Position numbers and translations under genes: made by a program | Notes under the pieces: generated by a model | What the model saw: only the letters and a program-made list of their open reading frames with translations | What the model was told of the DNA's origin: nothing | The model's database searches: none | From: a virus | Taxonomy: Duplodnaviria; Caudoviricetes | IMG/VR virus record: IMGVR_UViG_3300029825_000021 | Span: 1-39,839 of that record | DNA: 39,839 bases | Strand: one strand, 5' to 3' | Shown here: positions 1 to 8,618 of the stretch, in pieces | Numbering within the stretch: position 1 is the first letter of the stretch | Layout: each line of letters begins with the position of its first letter

Positions 1-33
1 CCCGCCATAAGCCGAACACACAAAAACGAACAT
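1..33 (-). CDS. 5' start (MFVFVCSAYGG) of the DUF4406/nucleoside-deoxyribosyltransferase-like gene whose body lies at the other end of the window
   Basis: GGAGG RBS then ATG at 33. The peptide resembles the family N-terminus (V/Y-I-C-S-P/A-Y-x-G). The body continues at 39839 (AINYC...PFAPH). Confidence 0.7.
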   Translation of the reverse strand, partial: MFVFVCSAYGG

Positions 34-45
34 AGGCCCCTCCAA

Positions 46-70
46 TAAAATAAGCACCCGTTAAGGTGCT
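46..70 (-). terminator. Probable intrinsic terminator/attenuator in the late leader
   Basis: AGCACC-loop-GGTGCT hairpin followed by TATTTTA on the minus strand. Confidence 0.45.
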
Positions 71-128
71 GGATTGACAAAATGCCCGCCAGTTACGCAT
101 GCCCCGTACTGCCCGGAATGGGCGAGGG

Positions 129-330
129 AGAGGGTATAGGCGCGGCGGTTGACAACTCCCCACGGCTAAAGCCGGGGGATTCCTCCCGAGCCCTAGCGAT
201 GGAATTCCTGCTTCACAAACCGTTGCTGGCCACCCAGTCTTATATAGTCTCCACAGGCTTAAATTCCCGTGTGTCCCACGGTATTTTTAAATGGTTTAGC
301 CCGCGAGTGTTCGCAAGCCTTCCTTTAAAA
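129..330 (-). ncRNA. omegaRNA of TnpB-1; predicted guide CCGCCGCGCCUAUACCCUCU from flank 148-129
   Basis: Located between the tnpB 3' end and the right end, with typical stems (ACCGTGGGACACACGGGAA...). The 5' boundary is approximate. Confidence 0.75.
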
Positions 331-1556
331 TATTGTTCGCAGCGTTTATATCGCGGTCATGTTGTGCTCCACAGCTCGGACAAGTCCATTCCCTTACAGA
401 CAAATCCTTCACGGCAATATTCTTCTCGCCACACGCCCCACACAACTGGCTACTCGGATAGAACTTGTCTATTTTAACAAGCGTTTTCCCATACCAGTCA
501 CATTTGTATTGAAGCTGGCGCGTGAACTCCGACCACGAAACATCGCTGATTGACTTTGCAAGCTTATGATTTTTCACCATGTTTTTTACCTGCAAGTCCT
601 CTATGCAGATTAGATCGTAGTCACGCACTATTTGGGTTGAAAGTTTGTGAAGCGTATCCGTTCGCTGATTGGTGATGTGTTCGTGCAGCCTCGCAGCTTT
701 AATTCTCGCCTTGTTCCTGTTGTTGCTACCCTTTTGTTTTCGGGATAGTTGACGCTGGAGTTTGGCAAGTTTCTTTTGGGATTTAGCGAGGTGTTTGGGG
801 TTCTCAAATTTCTGCCCATCAGAGGTGATGGCAAATTCTTTCAGACCAAGGTCAATTCCGACGAGTGCGCCTGTTGGTTCAAGCGGTTCAATCTCAACGT
901 CTGTACAACACAAAGCCACAAAGTATTTGCCACTTGGGTTTTTACTAACCGTTGCGGATAGAATTCTGCCACGAACCTGCTTTGACACCCTGCATTCTAC
1001 AAAACCAAGCTTAGGCAACTGGATTGCGTTTTCGCTTACCTTAATATTTGTGCCAACGCATTTACTCTTATAACTTTGGCGATTGTTGTGTTTACTTTTG
1101 AATCGCGGATAGCCGGGCTTCTCGCCTTGCTTTACTCTGCGAAAGAAGTTTTGGAACCCGAAATCAAGATTCTGAACCGATGCTTGTAGTGCGGTAGCGT
1201 CTACCTCGCGCAACCATTCTAGTTCACGTTTCATTTGTGTTAGATCAAGCATGCACGCTGCGGCTGAAAGAGTTTTCTTTTCAGATTCATATACCATTGT
1301 GCGCTCCGCGAGATAGTGGTTGTACACATAACGAGCACAGCCAAATGTTTTTTGAATTAAAACCTCTTGCTCTCTTGTTGGATATATACGAAATTTATAG
1401 CTGTATTCCACTATCTCACCTCCTTTGCGATGTTTCTTGATTCTGAATATATTGTTTGATGACTTCAAGTGGCGCTCCACCAACGGTCGAAACAAAATAG
1501 CTGTTCGTCCATAGGGTTGGCAACCTAGTTTTTAATGTTGGGAATTCATTGCGTAA
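149..1556 (-). mobile_element. IS200/IS605-family element (tnpA remnant + tnpB + right end); left end missing
   Basis: Right-end hairpin CCCCCGGCTTTAGCCGTGGGG followed by terminal TCAA at 149-152. Only the 3' part of tnpA is present. No matching left-end hairpin upstream. TTTAT lies immediately 5' of the element (1557-1561). Confidence 0.9.
296..1411 (-). CDS. tnpB: TnpB RNA-guided nuclease (371 aa)
   Basis: YKFRIYPT...[10 protein letters not shown]-terminus. RuvC residues GIDLG / IEDL / HDRDINAA intact. CxxC...CxxC zinc finger. GTG start after AGGAGGTG. Confidence 0.95.
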   Translation of the reverse strand: MEYSYKFRIYPTREQEVLIQKTFGCARYVYNHYLAERTMVYESEKKTLSAAACMLDLTQMKRELEWLREVDATALQASVQNLDFGFQNFFRRVKQGEKPGYPRFKSKHNNRQSYKSKCVGTNIKVSENAIQLPKLGFVECRVSKQVRGRILSATVSKNPSGKYFVALCCTDVEIEPLEPTGALVGIDLGLKEFAITSDGQKFENPKHLAKSQKKLAKLQRQLSRKQKGSNNRNKARIKAARLHEHITNQRTDTLHKLSTQIVRDYDLICIEDLQVKNMVKNHKLAKSISDVSWSEFTRQLQYKCDWYGKTLVKIDKFYPSSQLCGACGEKNIAVKDLSVREWTCPSCGAQHDRDINAANNILKEGLRTLAG

Positions 1557-1559
1557 ATA
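1416..1559 (-). pseudogene. tnpA: 3' remnant of IS200-type Y1 transposase TnpA
   Basis: Hand translation [47 protein letters not shown] is a typical TnpA C-terminus with the catalytic Tyr. The HUH half and start are absent. Confidence 0.9.
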
Positions 1560-1645
1560 AAGCCTTTCGGCGTACTATCGCAGGGCGGTTGCCCGCCCCG
1601 CATCAGAAGGAGGTATCCACAACGCCAATGGCGAAAATGGCATAG

Positions 1646-1677
1646 AAAAAGCAGGGGCGTTTCTTTACACTCCTGCT
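1646..1677 (-). terminator. Terminator-like hairpin just downstream of the putative late promoter
   Basis: AGCAGGAGTGT-AAAGAA-ACGCCCCTGCT followed by TTTT. Confidence 0.55.
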
Positions 1678-1685
1678 ATGTTATC

Positions 1686-1714
1686 ATTATACATTGTCAA
1701 GCGTCTTATTGCAA
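1686..1714 (-). promoter_or_regulatory. Putative late promoter
   Basis: TTGCAA-17 bp-TATAAT, directly downstream of the late-activator gene. Confidence 0.6.
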
Positions 1715-1720
1715 GCATAA

Positions 1721-1746
1721 ATTAAGGGCGGGAATTAACCCGCCCC
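1721..1746 (-). terminator. Intrinsic terminator ending the early/middle operon
   Basis: GGGCGGG-TTAATT-CCCGCCC then T/A-rich, 6 nt after the stop codon. Confidence 0.6.
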
Positions 1747-1751
1747 ATAGG

Positions 1752-2240
1752 CTACCGTTTAGCAATATCGGCCAGCGCATCTATTGCGCACCCCTCTAAA
1801 AGCTTCGCATGCTGCACCGAGAGTCCCACCTTGCTTGCTACCTTCTCCCACCCCAGCTGCCGCTTGAACCGCAAAACGATTATGCGCTGCTGATCTGCGG
1901 GCAGGGCGTTTACGGCGCGGGTTATGGCTCTTTCGGTTTTACGCATCCGAACGAGCGCCCTTTCTGCCTTCCTTATGCGACACAGGTATTTTTCCTTAGC
2001 TGCCAAGAATGCCATCCCCGGATCGGAGCATCCCCGGCATGGCGGTGCATGGCTCAACTCTTGCGCCCCCAGCCTGTCCTCCATGGCTACATACCTATCT
2101 TTGCAATCGGCCAATTCCTCCTCCAACCCTCGGCGCAACTCGGGGATCGTCGCCCAGTACCGCAATCGGCGGCGAACGGCCTTGCGCACCTCTGCGGAAA
2201 AGCCGGTAGGATTAATTGATTCAAGCTCTTTTATCGTCAC
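1752..2240 (-). CDS. RinA/ArpU-like late transcriptional activator (sigma70 region-4-like HTH)
   Basis: C-terminal AVNALPADQQRIIVLRF...WEKVA..VGLS motif; last gene before the late region. Confidence 0.75.
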   Translation of the reverse strand: MTIKELESINPTGFSAEVRKAVRRRLRYWATIPELRRGLEEELADCKDRYVAMEDRLGAQELSHAPPCRGCSDPGMAFLAAKEKYLCRIRKAERALVRMRKTERAITRAVNALPADQQRIIVLRFKRQLGWEKVASKVGLSVQHAKLLEGCAIDALADIAKR

Positions 2241-2629
2241 AGCCCTAACCCCCTTTTTCTGCCTCTGTCCGGCGGTGATAAAAATTCTTCCTCGGGCCAG
2301 CCAGCATGAAGCCGGTTGTTAAGCGTTGTGGAACATATCCCCGTAATTTTTGCCCATTCGGCCAGCGTATGGGTTTCGCCGCTGACCGTGACCGTCCGCT
2401 TGCACCCCCGCGACGGCTTTGCCGTGCCCTGCTCTATCTTGCGCATGATGGCGATTGGGTCTAGCTCCCCGCACAATATACCGGCCCAGCGGCCCCCGAA
2501 CCACTTCCGCATGCCCATTTTGCTTTCCCCGGCAACCTTTTTCCCGGAGAGTAGCCGGGAATAATCCTTGCATGCCTTTACGACTATCGCATTAGCCAGG
2601 TTTTCATATGCCCTATCCACACTATCCAT
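2237..2629 (-). CDS. Phage hypothetical protein with C-terminal HTH (GETHTLAEWA...)
   Basis: AYENLANAIV..A.KDY N-terminus, seen in temperate phages of Bacillota; ATG after a G-rich RBS. Confidence 0.65.
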   Translation of the reverse strand: MDSVDRAYENLANAIVVKACKDYSRLLSGKKVAGESKMGMRKWFGGRWAGILCGELDPIAIMRKIEQGTAKPSRGCKRTVTVSGETHTLAEWAKITGICSTTLNNRLHAGWPEEEFLSPPDRGRKRGLGL

Positions 2630-2640
2630 GCAATCCCCCC

Positions 2641-3075
2641 TTAGCCCTGATACGGGCAGTCTCTTTCCCCTGCCGGGATTATCCCGGCCTCCATCATATC
2701 CCGCCTTCGCTGGCACCGGCGCAGCTCCTTGCCCTCTTTGGTGCAAAGCATGCAATCAGCAGTAACATCCCCAAGCAACCGCTCCATTACCTCGGTTGGC
2801 ACAACGTAATACTCCTTTTGCGCTTGCGGGGATGTGCTGGGCATGGCCATCAAAATAGAGGCACTTGCCAGTCGCATTATGCCGCTTATTTGCTCTTGTG
2901 GGACTTGCTCTAGCATAGCGGTCAAAGCCTTTTCTGCGTGGCTCTGGACGGCCTTCAATGACCTCTTGGCCTTTGCGCTGCCCGGAAACGATTCCCCCGC
3001 CAGCTTGTCCGCATATACCATGCATGCAGCGGTGCAGACTATCCTCTGGCGGTCTGCTGCGTTAGCGTAGGTCAT
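2641..3075 (-). CDS. Hypothetical protein with Cys-rich C-terminus
   Basis: GGAGG RBS, ATGA coupling with the upstream gene, CxxC...C...CPY. Confidence 0.65.
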   Translation of the reverse strand: MTYANAADRQRIVCTAACMVYADKLAGESFPGSAKAKRSLKAVQSHAEKALTAMLEQVPQEQISGIMRLASASILMAMPSTSPQAQKEYYVVPTEVMERLLGDVTADCMLCTKEGKELRRCQRRRDMMEAGIIPAGERDCPYQG

Positions 3076-3395
3076 GGCTCACCCTCCATTTTGGCGCCGC
3101 AGTTGGGGCAGAAATAAAGCTCAGCCCCCTTAGGCGTTACCGCATTATCCGCAAGACAAACCTCGCTTTTACAGGCAGAGCAGCGCCAGTCCGCCTCTGT
3201 ATCTTCTACTCGCTCCCACCGCCCGACCACCTCTTTCCTCCACCCCAAGGATTCAGGGGTGATGGTGGGAGCGTTATCGATTAATCTTGCGCACTTCCAT
3301 ACGGCCGCATAGGCTCCCTTCGTTCCTGCCTTGCCCGCCATATCTGTAACCAATTCCCGTAGCGTATTCCCGTCTATCAACCTTACTTCGCTCAT
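3072..3395 (-). CDS. Phage zinc-ribbon protein
   Basis: RLID N-terminus, IDNAPTI, CSAC...CPNCGAKM; start after GGAGG. Confidence 0.75.
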   Translation of the reverse strand: MSEVRLIDGNTLRELVTDMAGKAGTKGAYAAVWKCARLIDNAPTITPESLGWRKEVVGRWERVEDTEADWRCSACKSEVCLADNAVTPKGAELYFCPNCGAKMEGEP

Positions 3396-3426
3396 GCTTC
3401 CTCCACCTTCTCTCGTTTCATTGTGT

Positions 3427-3642
3427 TTACTGGCGAAAATCTTGTTTTTCTTCCAAGTAGGCAATCACTAGGTCTTGCATTTTGCGTTGCCTTTGAATAT
3501 CAAGCGTGGTTACGTCCTCTACATCTTGTAACTGCCGCTTTATCAGCTTGTTCTGCTTGCTTAACTGCATAGCGTTCTGTACGAGCCGAACAACTTGAGT
3601 GATTACAAGCGCAGTTGTAATGATTGTGAGATAGAGTGTCAT
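3427..3642 (-). CDS. Small membrane-anchored hypothetical protein
   Basis: MTLYLTIITTALVITQVVRL hydrophobic N-terminus; ATGA overlap and GGAGG RBS. Confidence 0.65.
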   Translation of the reverse strand: MTLYLTIITTALVITQVVRLVQNAMQLSKQNKLIKRQLQDVEDVTTLDIQRQRKMQDLVIAYLEEKQDFRQ

Positions 3643-4028
3643 ACTTCCTCCTTTGCTGGCTGCTGGAGCCATTTGAGAATTTCGCCGATCACTTCCTCGA
3701 TAGGTACATCTTCCTTGATAGAAACCCCTATGCTTCCAAATGCGTTGTGGATGTACCAGAATAGCGTCTCTGCCAATCCATCGTCGCTCATTGCCCGCAT
3801 GCGCTGTGCGTTGGTGGGGACATTTGTGTCCTTGCCATCGGCGCGGCGGTTCCAGAGGACTAAAACCTCTTCTTGCCCACTTGGCGATGTCATTTCCGCT
3901 CCACATGTCGGGCACTGGATAATTCCCCACGCATCAATATCGGGAGCCGTGTAAATGGGTTCAACGATTACGGCTTCTCCCCCGCAAAACGGACATTCAC
4001 GCAATGGCTGAAAGTCTTTCCACTGCAT
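3639..4028 (-). CDS. Lar-like (restriction-alleviation family) zinc-finger protein
   Basis: LRECPFCGGEA...CPTCGA...WNRR signature. Confidence 0.7.
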   Translation of the reverse strand: MQWKDFQPLRECPFCGGEAVIVEPIYTAPDIDAWGIIQCPTCGAEMTSPSGQEEVLVLWNRRADGKDTNVPTNAQRMRAMSDDGLAETLFWYIHNAFGSIGVSIKEDVPIEEVIGEILKWLQQPAKEEV

Positions 4029-4506
4029 AATCTACCCCCTTCTCCCGAATCCACCAATAAACAGTAAACGGGCTAATGTCGATATTTTCACACCACTCTG
4101 CAACGCTTTTTGTTTCTCCGTTGATAGTGAGTAGTTTTGTGTTCCTTCGATTGCGGCTGTTTTCTTTAGGAGTCACAAACCGGCAGTTGCTCGGCTCATA
4201 ATTCCCGTCATTGTCTATGCGGTCTATTTGCAACCCTGCCCTATAACCATTCGATAGCGCCCACTCCGCAAACACAGCAGCGTCTTGCCACTCGTCGCAA
4301 ATTTCGATTCCGCGCTGTCCGTAATCCTTGTATTTTTTCCTGTTTGGGTTATAGCACCGTTGTTTCATCGAGCACCACACGCTATAAATGCTTGTGTTTG
4401 TAAGTCCGTGCGTTGTTATTTTCGGATTTTTCTTACCCATATGCGCGACGCTTATCTTAGAACGTGTCTGAGCTGAATGCTTAAACCCTTTAGGCCTACC
4501 CGCCAT
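3997..4506 (-). CDS. Free-standing HNH-type endonuclease with NUMOD3 motif and C-terminal HTH
   Basis: KHSAQTRSKIS..HMG (NUMOD3); W.SMKQRC...YG.RGI.IC.EW; QIDRIDNDGNYEPSNCRF...N..N. Confidence 0.8.
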   Translation of the reverse strand: MAGRPKGFKHSAQTRSKISVAHMGKKNPKITTHGLTNTSIYSVWCSMKQRCYNPNRKKYKDYGQRGIEICDEWQDAAVFAEWALSNGYRAGLQIDRIDNDGNYEPSNCRFVTPKENSRNRRNTKLLTINGETKSVAEWCENIDISPFTVYWWIREKGVDYAVERLSAIA

Positions 4507-4765
4507 TCTCAGTCACTCCCTCCCCGGCCTGCGTGGCCACATTAAGCGCACCGTAGTTCACAATCATGTCAATGTTCATTTCAGCGCATAATTCCTTGAG
4601 CTTTTCAAGTTGCGGTTTATTATGCTCTTTCTGGTATTGTATTGTCCTCTGGTACTGTTCGCCCAGCACCTGTAACTGGCGGTACGCCTCAAACTTCTCC
4701 TTTGGCAAACTGAGTTGTGAGAGGTCAAACCATCCCGGGATCGGCTTGTAAGGTGCCGTTTTCAT
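4496..4765 (-). CDS. Hypothetical protein
   Basis: MKTAPYKP start in an ATGA overlap after GAGG. Confidence 0.6.
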   Translation of the reverse strand: MKTAPYKPIPGWFDLSQLSLPKEKFEAYRQLQVLGEQYQRTIQYQKEHNKPQLEKLKELCAEMNIDMIVNYGALNVATQAGEGVTENGG

Positions 4766-5067
4766 TCCGCCTCTCCTTTCCGGGCATCCTGCCCACCTCC
4801 ATCCAGTTCCACCGCTGCCCCTCGCCGCCCATCGTGTTGATCGCAATAATTGCGGCAACAGTATTGGCACTGATACGGCAATTTCCGCGTCGCGGAGCTT
4901 CTGCCACCGCATCCCTCGCATCCCTTCTCCCTCTCTTCCTCGGCGCGGAGGGCGGCAAGGGCCATGTCGATAGCTTCGTTTTCTGCTTTCGCCTCTGCAC
5001 TCGTAGCACACATTGAAACAGTCATAAATCGCCCTTTAAGACGTTCAATCGCTTCTGCGTGTTTCAT
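4762..5067 (-). CDS. Hypothetical phage protein with CxxC motifs
   Basis: EAIERLK...EAIDMALAAL; coupled start/stop codons. Confidence 0.65.
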   Translation of the reverse strand: MKHAEAIERLKGRFMTVSMCATSAEAKAENEAIDMALAALRAEEEREKGCEGCGGRSSATRKLPYQCQYCCRNYCDQHDGRRGAAVELDGGGQDARKGEAE

Positions 5068-5264
5068 TCCTCCTGCCCTCCTTCCTGCCGCTTTTTAGGC
5101 CATATATGATAAATAAAGAGCAGGATTATAATGCTTTTGCTTATGTCGGATATTCCTGCGTTTACAGGGTCTGCGTAGCCTCTTATGATTACGCTGGTTC
5201 CTGCCACAATGCCAATAATCGCGCCAACTGCTATGTATATCAGAAAAGCCTTGCAATACTTCAC
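5064..5264 (-). CDS. Small two-TM membrane protein
   Basis: Two hydrophobic stretches; GTGA coupling. Confidence 0.6.
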   Translation of the reverse strand: MKYCKAFLIYIAVGAIIGIVAGTSVIIRGYADPVNAGISDISKSIIILLFIYHIWPKKRQEGGQEE

Positions 5265-5788
5265 GGTTGCCCTCCTTCCTGCGCAAGAGCAGCTTCCGCT
5301 TCGGCGCGGGTTAGGAATACGGTTTTGCCGAAATCAGATGCCTCAACATCAATATAATTCGTACACCAGTCAGTCGGGTCGGTGTCGTGTTCAGCATCCC
5401 CTTCGCGGTATGGGAAAATCTTGTCGTCTGCGGCGAGGGCAATGTATGGTTTCCCGCTAACGGGGCATATCGAAAGGCCGCAATGTATCATTTCGACAAT
5501 TTCTCCACCATAAATCAGATGCACGGTATTCCCCGCCTCCGAAAAGCACTCATTACACGGCAGCACCACGCAGCGACCGTCGCGCTCGGCGTTGCAGATT
5601 TCGCGGAGGCGGTCAAGGGGGATATTTATGTGTTCTGCGTCCTCGTAAATATCCTCAAATGTGACATATGGCAAGGTTGAAAACGTTACTTCGTCCCCCT
5701 CTATGTCATAGTGCTCTTTTCTGTGGTTAGCCAGCCATTCTGCATCAACAATATATATCCCTTCATAGTTTTTAGGCTCCATCCTCAT
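5261..5788 (-). CDS. Hypothetical phage protein
   Basis: DRLREI..AERDGR.VVLPC and GKTVFLTRAEAEAAL motifs common in Clostridia phages. Confidence 0.75.
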   Translation of the reverse strand: MRMEPKNYEGIYIVDAEWLANHRKEHYDIEGDEVTFSTLPYVTFEDIYEDAEHINIPLDRLREICNAERDGRCVVLPCNECFSEAGNTVHLIYGGEIVEMIHCGLSICPVSGKPYIALAADDKIFPYREGDAEHDTDPTDWCTNYIDVEASDFGKTVFLTRAEAEAALAQEGGQP

Positions 5789-6186
5789 TCTCCTTTCTCT
5801 GGCGCGGCGGGAAGCGTCCGAATACGCACAGAATCAAGGCCAACCCTGTAAAACGTCCCGTGCTCAAACGCGAGAATATTGTCTGCTTCATCGTGTTCGC
5901 AGGAACACTTTTCGCCATACTTAGGGATGTAGGCTGTTCGCACGCCATCATCGAGAAACTGCACAAAACTACCGCCCCACACGGTTTCTCCATTGTCCAA
6001 GCGTTTTCCCTCGAAAATCGGACACCTCTGCGCCTCCCGCAGCCGCTCTATCTCCGCATCCTTGGCGGCAAGCAGGGAGAGTAAATATTCAACATGAGAA
6101 ACAGGGATCATATACCCTTTCGCACCATAGGCTTTTGCTTCGCTGTACTCTGCCTCTATCTCCGCTATGCGTTGTTGGTCAGTCAT
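5785..6186 (-). CDS. Hypothetical protein with YopX-like second half
   Basis: FEGKRLDNGETVWG resembles the YopX N-terminus. Confidence 0.6.
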   Translation of the reverse strand: MTDQQRIAEIEAEYSEAKAYGAKGYMIPVSHVEYLLSLLAAKDAEIERLREAQRCPIFEGKRLDNGETVWGGSFVQFLDDGVRTAYIPKYGEKCSCEHDEADNILAFEHGTFYRVGLDSVRIRTLPAAPEKGE

Positions 6187-6610
6187 GGTGCACCTCCAAT
6201 AGCTCGGGGTTGTCGTAGATGTTGCCGATGATTTCAGTTTCGTATCCCGAGTGGATATAATCGCTTATGAATGTCACGCTGCTGCCATCAATATCAATGG
6301 CGGATAAACAAGCCTTGACAGGTACCCATGCAATGCGAAACCGAATCGCAATGCGCTTGGTAGGCAATATTCTACGCTCCAGGATATCCCCCTCAAAAAT
6401 CCGTTTGCCGCCTTTGTCCGTCAGGCCGGTGTACTGGCCTACGGTGGCGGGGTCAACCTCATAGGCGATATCAAAAATCCTTTGCTGCTCGGATACGCCG
6501 TTATCGCCCGTATCGTAATCAAGGATATAGGCCTTGCCATCAACTTGGCGCAAATCCCCCTGCACCCATATCCCATCCAACCGCTTTGCGCGGAAAAGTA
6601 TTTCTCGCAT
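6179..6610 (-). CDS. yopX: YopX-family protein
   Basis: MREILFRAKR...VGQYTGLTDK.GKRIFEGDI...IIGNIYDNPELL. Confidence 0.9.
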   Translation of the reverse strand: MREILFRAKRLDGIWVQGDLRQVDGKAYILDYDTGDNGVSEQQRIFDIAYEVDPATVGQYTGLTDKGGKRIFEGDILERRILPTKRIAIRFRIAWVPVKACLSAIDIDGSSVTFISDYIHSGYETEIIGNIYDNPELLEVHHD

Positions 6611-6612
6611 GG

Positions 6613-6819
6613 TTACGCTCCTTTCTTTTGCATCAGCCTGTCAGCCTCCGTGATTGTAAGTTCCTGTCCGTCTACCCGTAACCCCGGGTTGTGCCCCAGC
6701 GCCCGGTGCAGGTGATAGCTTCTTCGCGCCTTCTCTTTTTCGAAGGTGGTGCAATGCATGTTCTCCGTTTCGCCCTTACGGGTAAATACTTCATAGCAGG
6801 GTAAGGTTTGTTTTCTCAT
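6613..6819 (-). CDS. Hypothetical protein
   Basis: GGAGGTG RBS; fits operon packing. Confidence 0.6.
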   Translation of the reverse strand: MRKQTLPCYEVFTRKGETENMHCTTFEKEKARRSYHLHRALGHNPGLRVDGQELTITEADRLMQKKGA

Positions 6820-6852
6820 TCCGCACCTCCATATCCATCCAGGTTACGCCGG

Positions 6853-7290
6853 TCATGGCTCGTCCCCGAGCATGTCGCAGGGGATTACGTTGCTTATCCG
6901 CACGTCCACGGATGCCAGCTCCCCGTAATATTTGTTAACGATCATGCTGGCAATCTGCGAATCGTCCTTATACGCCACGCCGTTGAGGCTGTCCGCAATG
7001 ATCTTGGCGATATTATCCGCATCGGGCTTTTTCAGCGGCAGGACTTCATCATGCAGCATGAGCGCCCTTGTTTTCTTTGGCGCCGACTTCGGCGGCTCAA
7101 AGATTGCGTCAATCTCCATCCGCAGGGGCACATCCTCCTTGAAGCGGAATCCGTCGCATTGGCGGAGGTACTCCATTTTCACAAGATTCTCATAGAGCAC
7201 CGTTTGCTCCGGGGTGTATGTGCGGCCTTTCCCCGTCCGGGCGCGGGCCTTGCCCTGCGGCTTGCCGATGATATCAAAGCTAACGGTCAT
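6853..7290 (-). CDS. rusA: RusA Holliday junction resolvase
   Basis: GKPQGKARAR...TYTP; KKPDADNIAK...DSLNG..YKDD. Confidence 0.92.
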   Translation of the reverse strand: MTVSFDIIGKPQGKARARTGKGRTYTPEQTVLYENLVKMEYLRQCDGFRFKEDVPLRMEIDAIFEPPKSAPKKTRALMLHDEVLPLKKPDADNIAKIIADSLNGVAYKDDSQIASMIVNKYYGELASVDVRISNVIPCDMLGDEP

Positions 7291-7391
7291 ATGCCTAAAT
7301 CCTCGCAAATCTGGCGTATTGCAGCCTCGTACTGCTCCGGCGTTAAATCAGGCGGCAATTCTTTTTTACGCCGCTCGTATTCAATCCACAT
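7287..7391 (-). CDS. 34-aa phage protein MWIEYERRKKELPPDLTPEQYEAAIRQICEDLGI (not in ORF track)
   Basis: Fills the dnaB-rusA gap exactly, with overlapping start/stop codons at both ends. Confidence 0.65.
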   Translation of the reverse strand: MWIEYERRKKELPPDLTPEQYEAAIRQICEDLGI

Positions 7392-8616
7392 CAAACGGTG
7401 TTGCACCTTTTTCCTCCTTGTCGCTATATTTAAAATGCGGGCCATCCCAAGATAGTTCTATTGCCCCTGCTTGCCCGTTGCGGTGCTTGGCGATATCCAG
7501 CACGGCGGCTTTCTGGTCGGCTTTCTCGTCATACTTGCCGGGCCGGTGCAAAAACATCACAATATCCGCATCTTGCTCGATTGATCCGCTTTCCCTCAGA
7601 TCAGACAAAACGGGCTTTTTGTCTGCGCGGTTATCCACGCCCCTGTTAAGCTGGGCCAGCAGCAGCACAACGCATTTGCATTCTTTGGCCAGCACCTTCA
7701 AGGCCCGGGTGGTGGCGCTTACCTCGTTTTCTCGCGTGCCGCCCTTGCGCTGCCGCATATCCATCAGCCCCAAGTAGTCGATCACGATCAAGGCGGGTTT
7801 GATCCGGTGGCATTGGGCCTTGATGTATTCCACCGTAGCCCCGCCCTTGTCGTCGATGTACATATCCAGCGCCTTGAAAGCCTTTCCTGCGGCCCGTATG
7901 GCTTCTGCGGCCTCCCGCGCTTGCCCCATTTCGCTTTCATTCACGTTCGCCAGCGATACGATTGCCCGGCCTATCAGTTCCTCCCGCGTCATTTCCAAGC
8001 TGAACACGGCCACGCGCTTTTTCTTTGCCACGTTCATGGCCACATTCATGGCGAATGATGTCTTGCCCATGCCCGTTGTGCCAGCTATCACCACCAGCTG
8101 CCCCGGCCGCAGCCCTTTCAGCTTCAAATCGACCATCACAAACCCGGTCGGTATCCCTACCTTGCGCGGCTTGCCTAGCTGCTCTATTACCGCGTCCACA
8201 TATTCCCCGGCGGGCAGGATATCCTTTGAACCGATTGCGATAATGCCGCTTAGCACATCCTCTGCCGCTGCGATAAACTCCCCGCCATCCGCCGCCGCCT
8301 GGATTACCCCGCTCATGCCGCCAGTAAATTCCCGGCGCTGCCTGGCCTGCCGAACAATGCGGATATAATGCTCCACGTTCGCCGCGCTTGGCGTTCCCAT
8401 CGTCAATCCCGTAAGCCACGGCACATCCACGCCAGGCATAGCACTGATTACCGTCACCGTGTCCACGCTGGAACCGCTGGCATATAACGCGATCATGTTT
8501 TCAAAGAGCGCCTTGTTTTGCGGTGTGGTGAAGTCTGCGCTATCGAGGTCGCATGCAAGCTCTACTGCCCGTTGGCTTATCAGCATTGAACCAAGTACGC
8601 TTTCTTCTGCTGTCAT
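7381..8616 (-). CDS. dnaB: DnaB-like replicative helicase
   Basis: AEESVLGSML; Walker A GTTGMGKT; FSLEM; IDYL; AQLNR; DLRESGSIEQDAD; AKHRNG. Confidence 0.95.
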   Translation of the reverse strand: MTAEESVLGSMLISQRAVELACDLDSADFTTPQNKALFENMIALYASGSSVDTVTVISAMPGVDVPWLTGLTMGTPSAANVEHYIRIVRQARQRREFTGGMSGVIQAAADGGEFIAAAEDVLSGIIAIGSKDILPAGEYVDAVIEQLGKPRKVGIPTGFVMVDLKLKGLRPGQLVVIAGTTGMGKTSFAMNVAMNVAKKKRVAVFSLEMTREELIGRAIVSLANVNESEMGQAREAAEAIRAAGKAFKALDMYIDDKGGATVEYIKAQCHRIKPALIVIDYLGLMDMRQRKGGTRENEVSATTRALKVLAKECKCVVLLLAQLNRGVDNRADKKPVLSDLRESGSIEQDADIVMFLHRPGKYDEKADQKAAVLDIAKHRNGQAGAIELSWDGPHFKYSDKEEKGATPFDVD

Positions 8617-8618
8617 AT

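Noticed and set aside
296-1411. Nuclease-dead TnpB (TldR-type RNA-guided repressor)
   Set aside because: All three RuvC acidic residues are present in both TnpBs.
1557-1626. Second hammerhead (CUGAUG...GAUA in a three-stem junction)
   Set aside because: The core deviates (no CUGAUGA, GAUA instead of GAAA, extra linker bases); kept only as an unassigned structured RNA.
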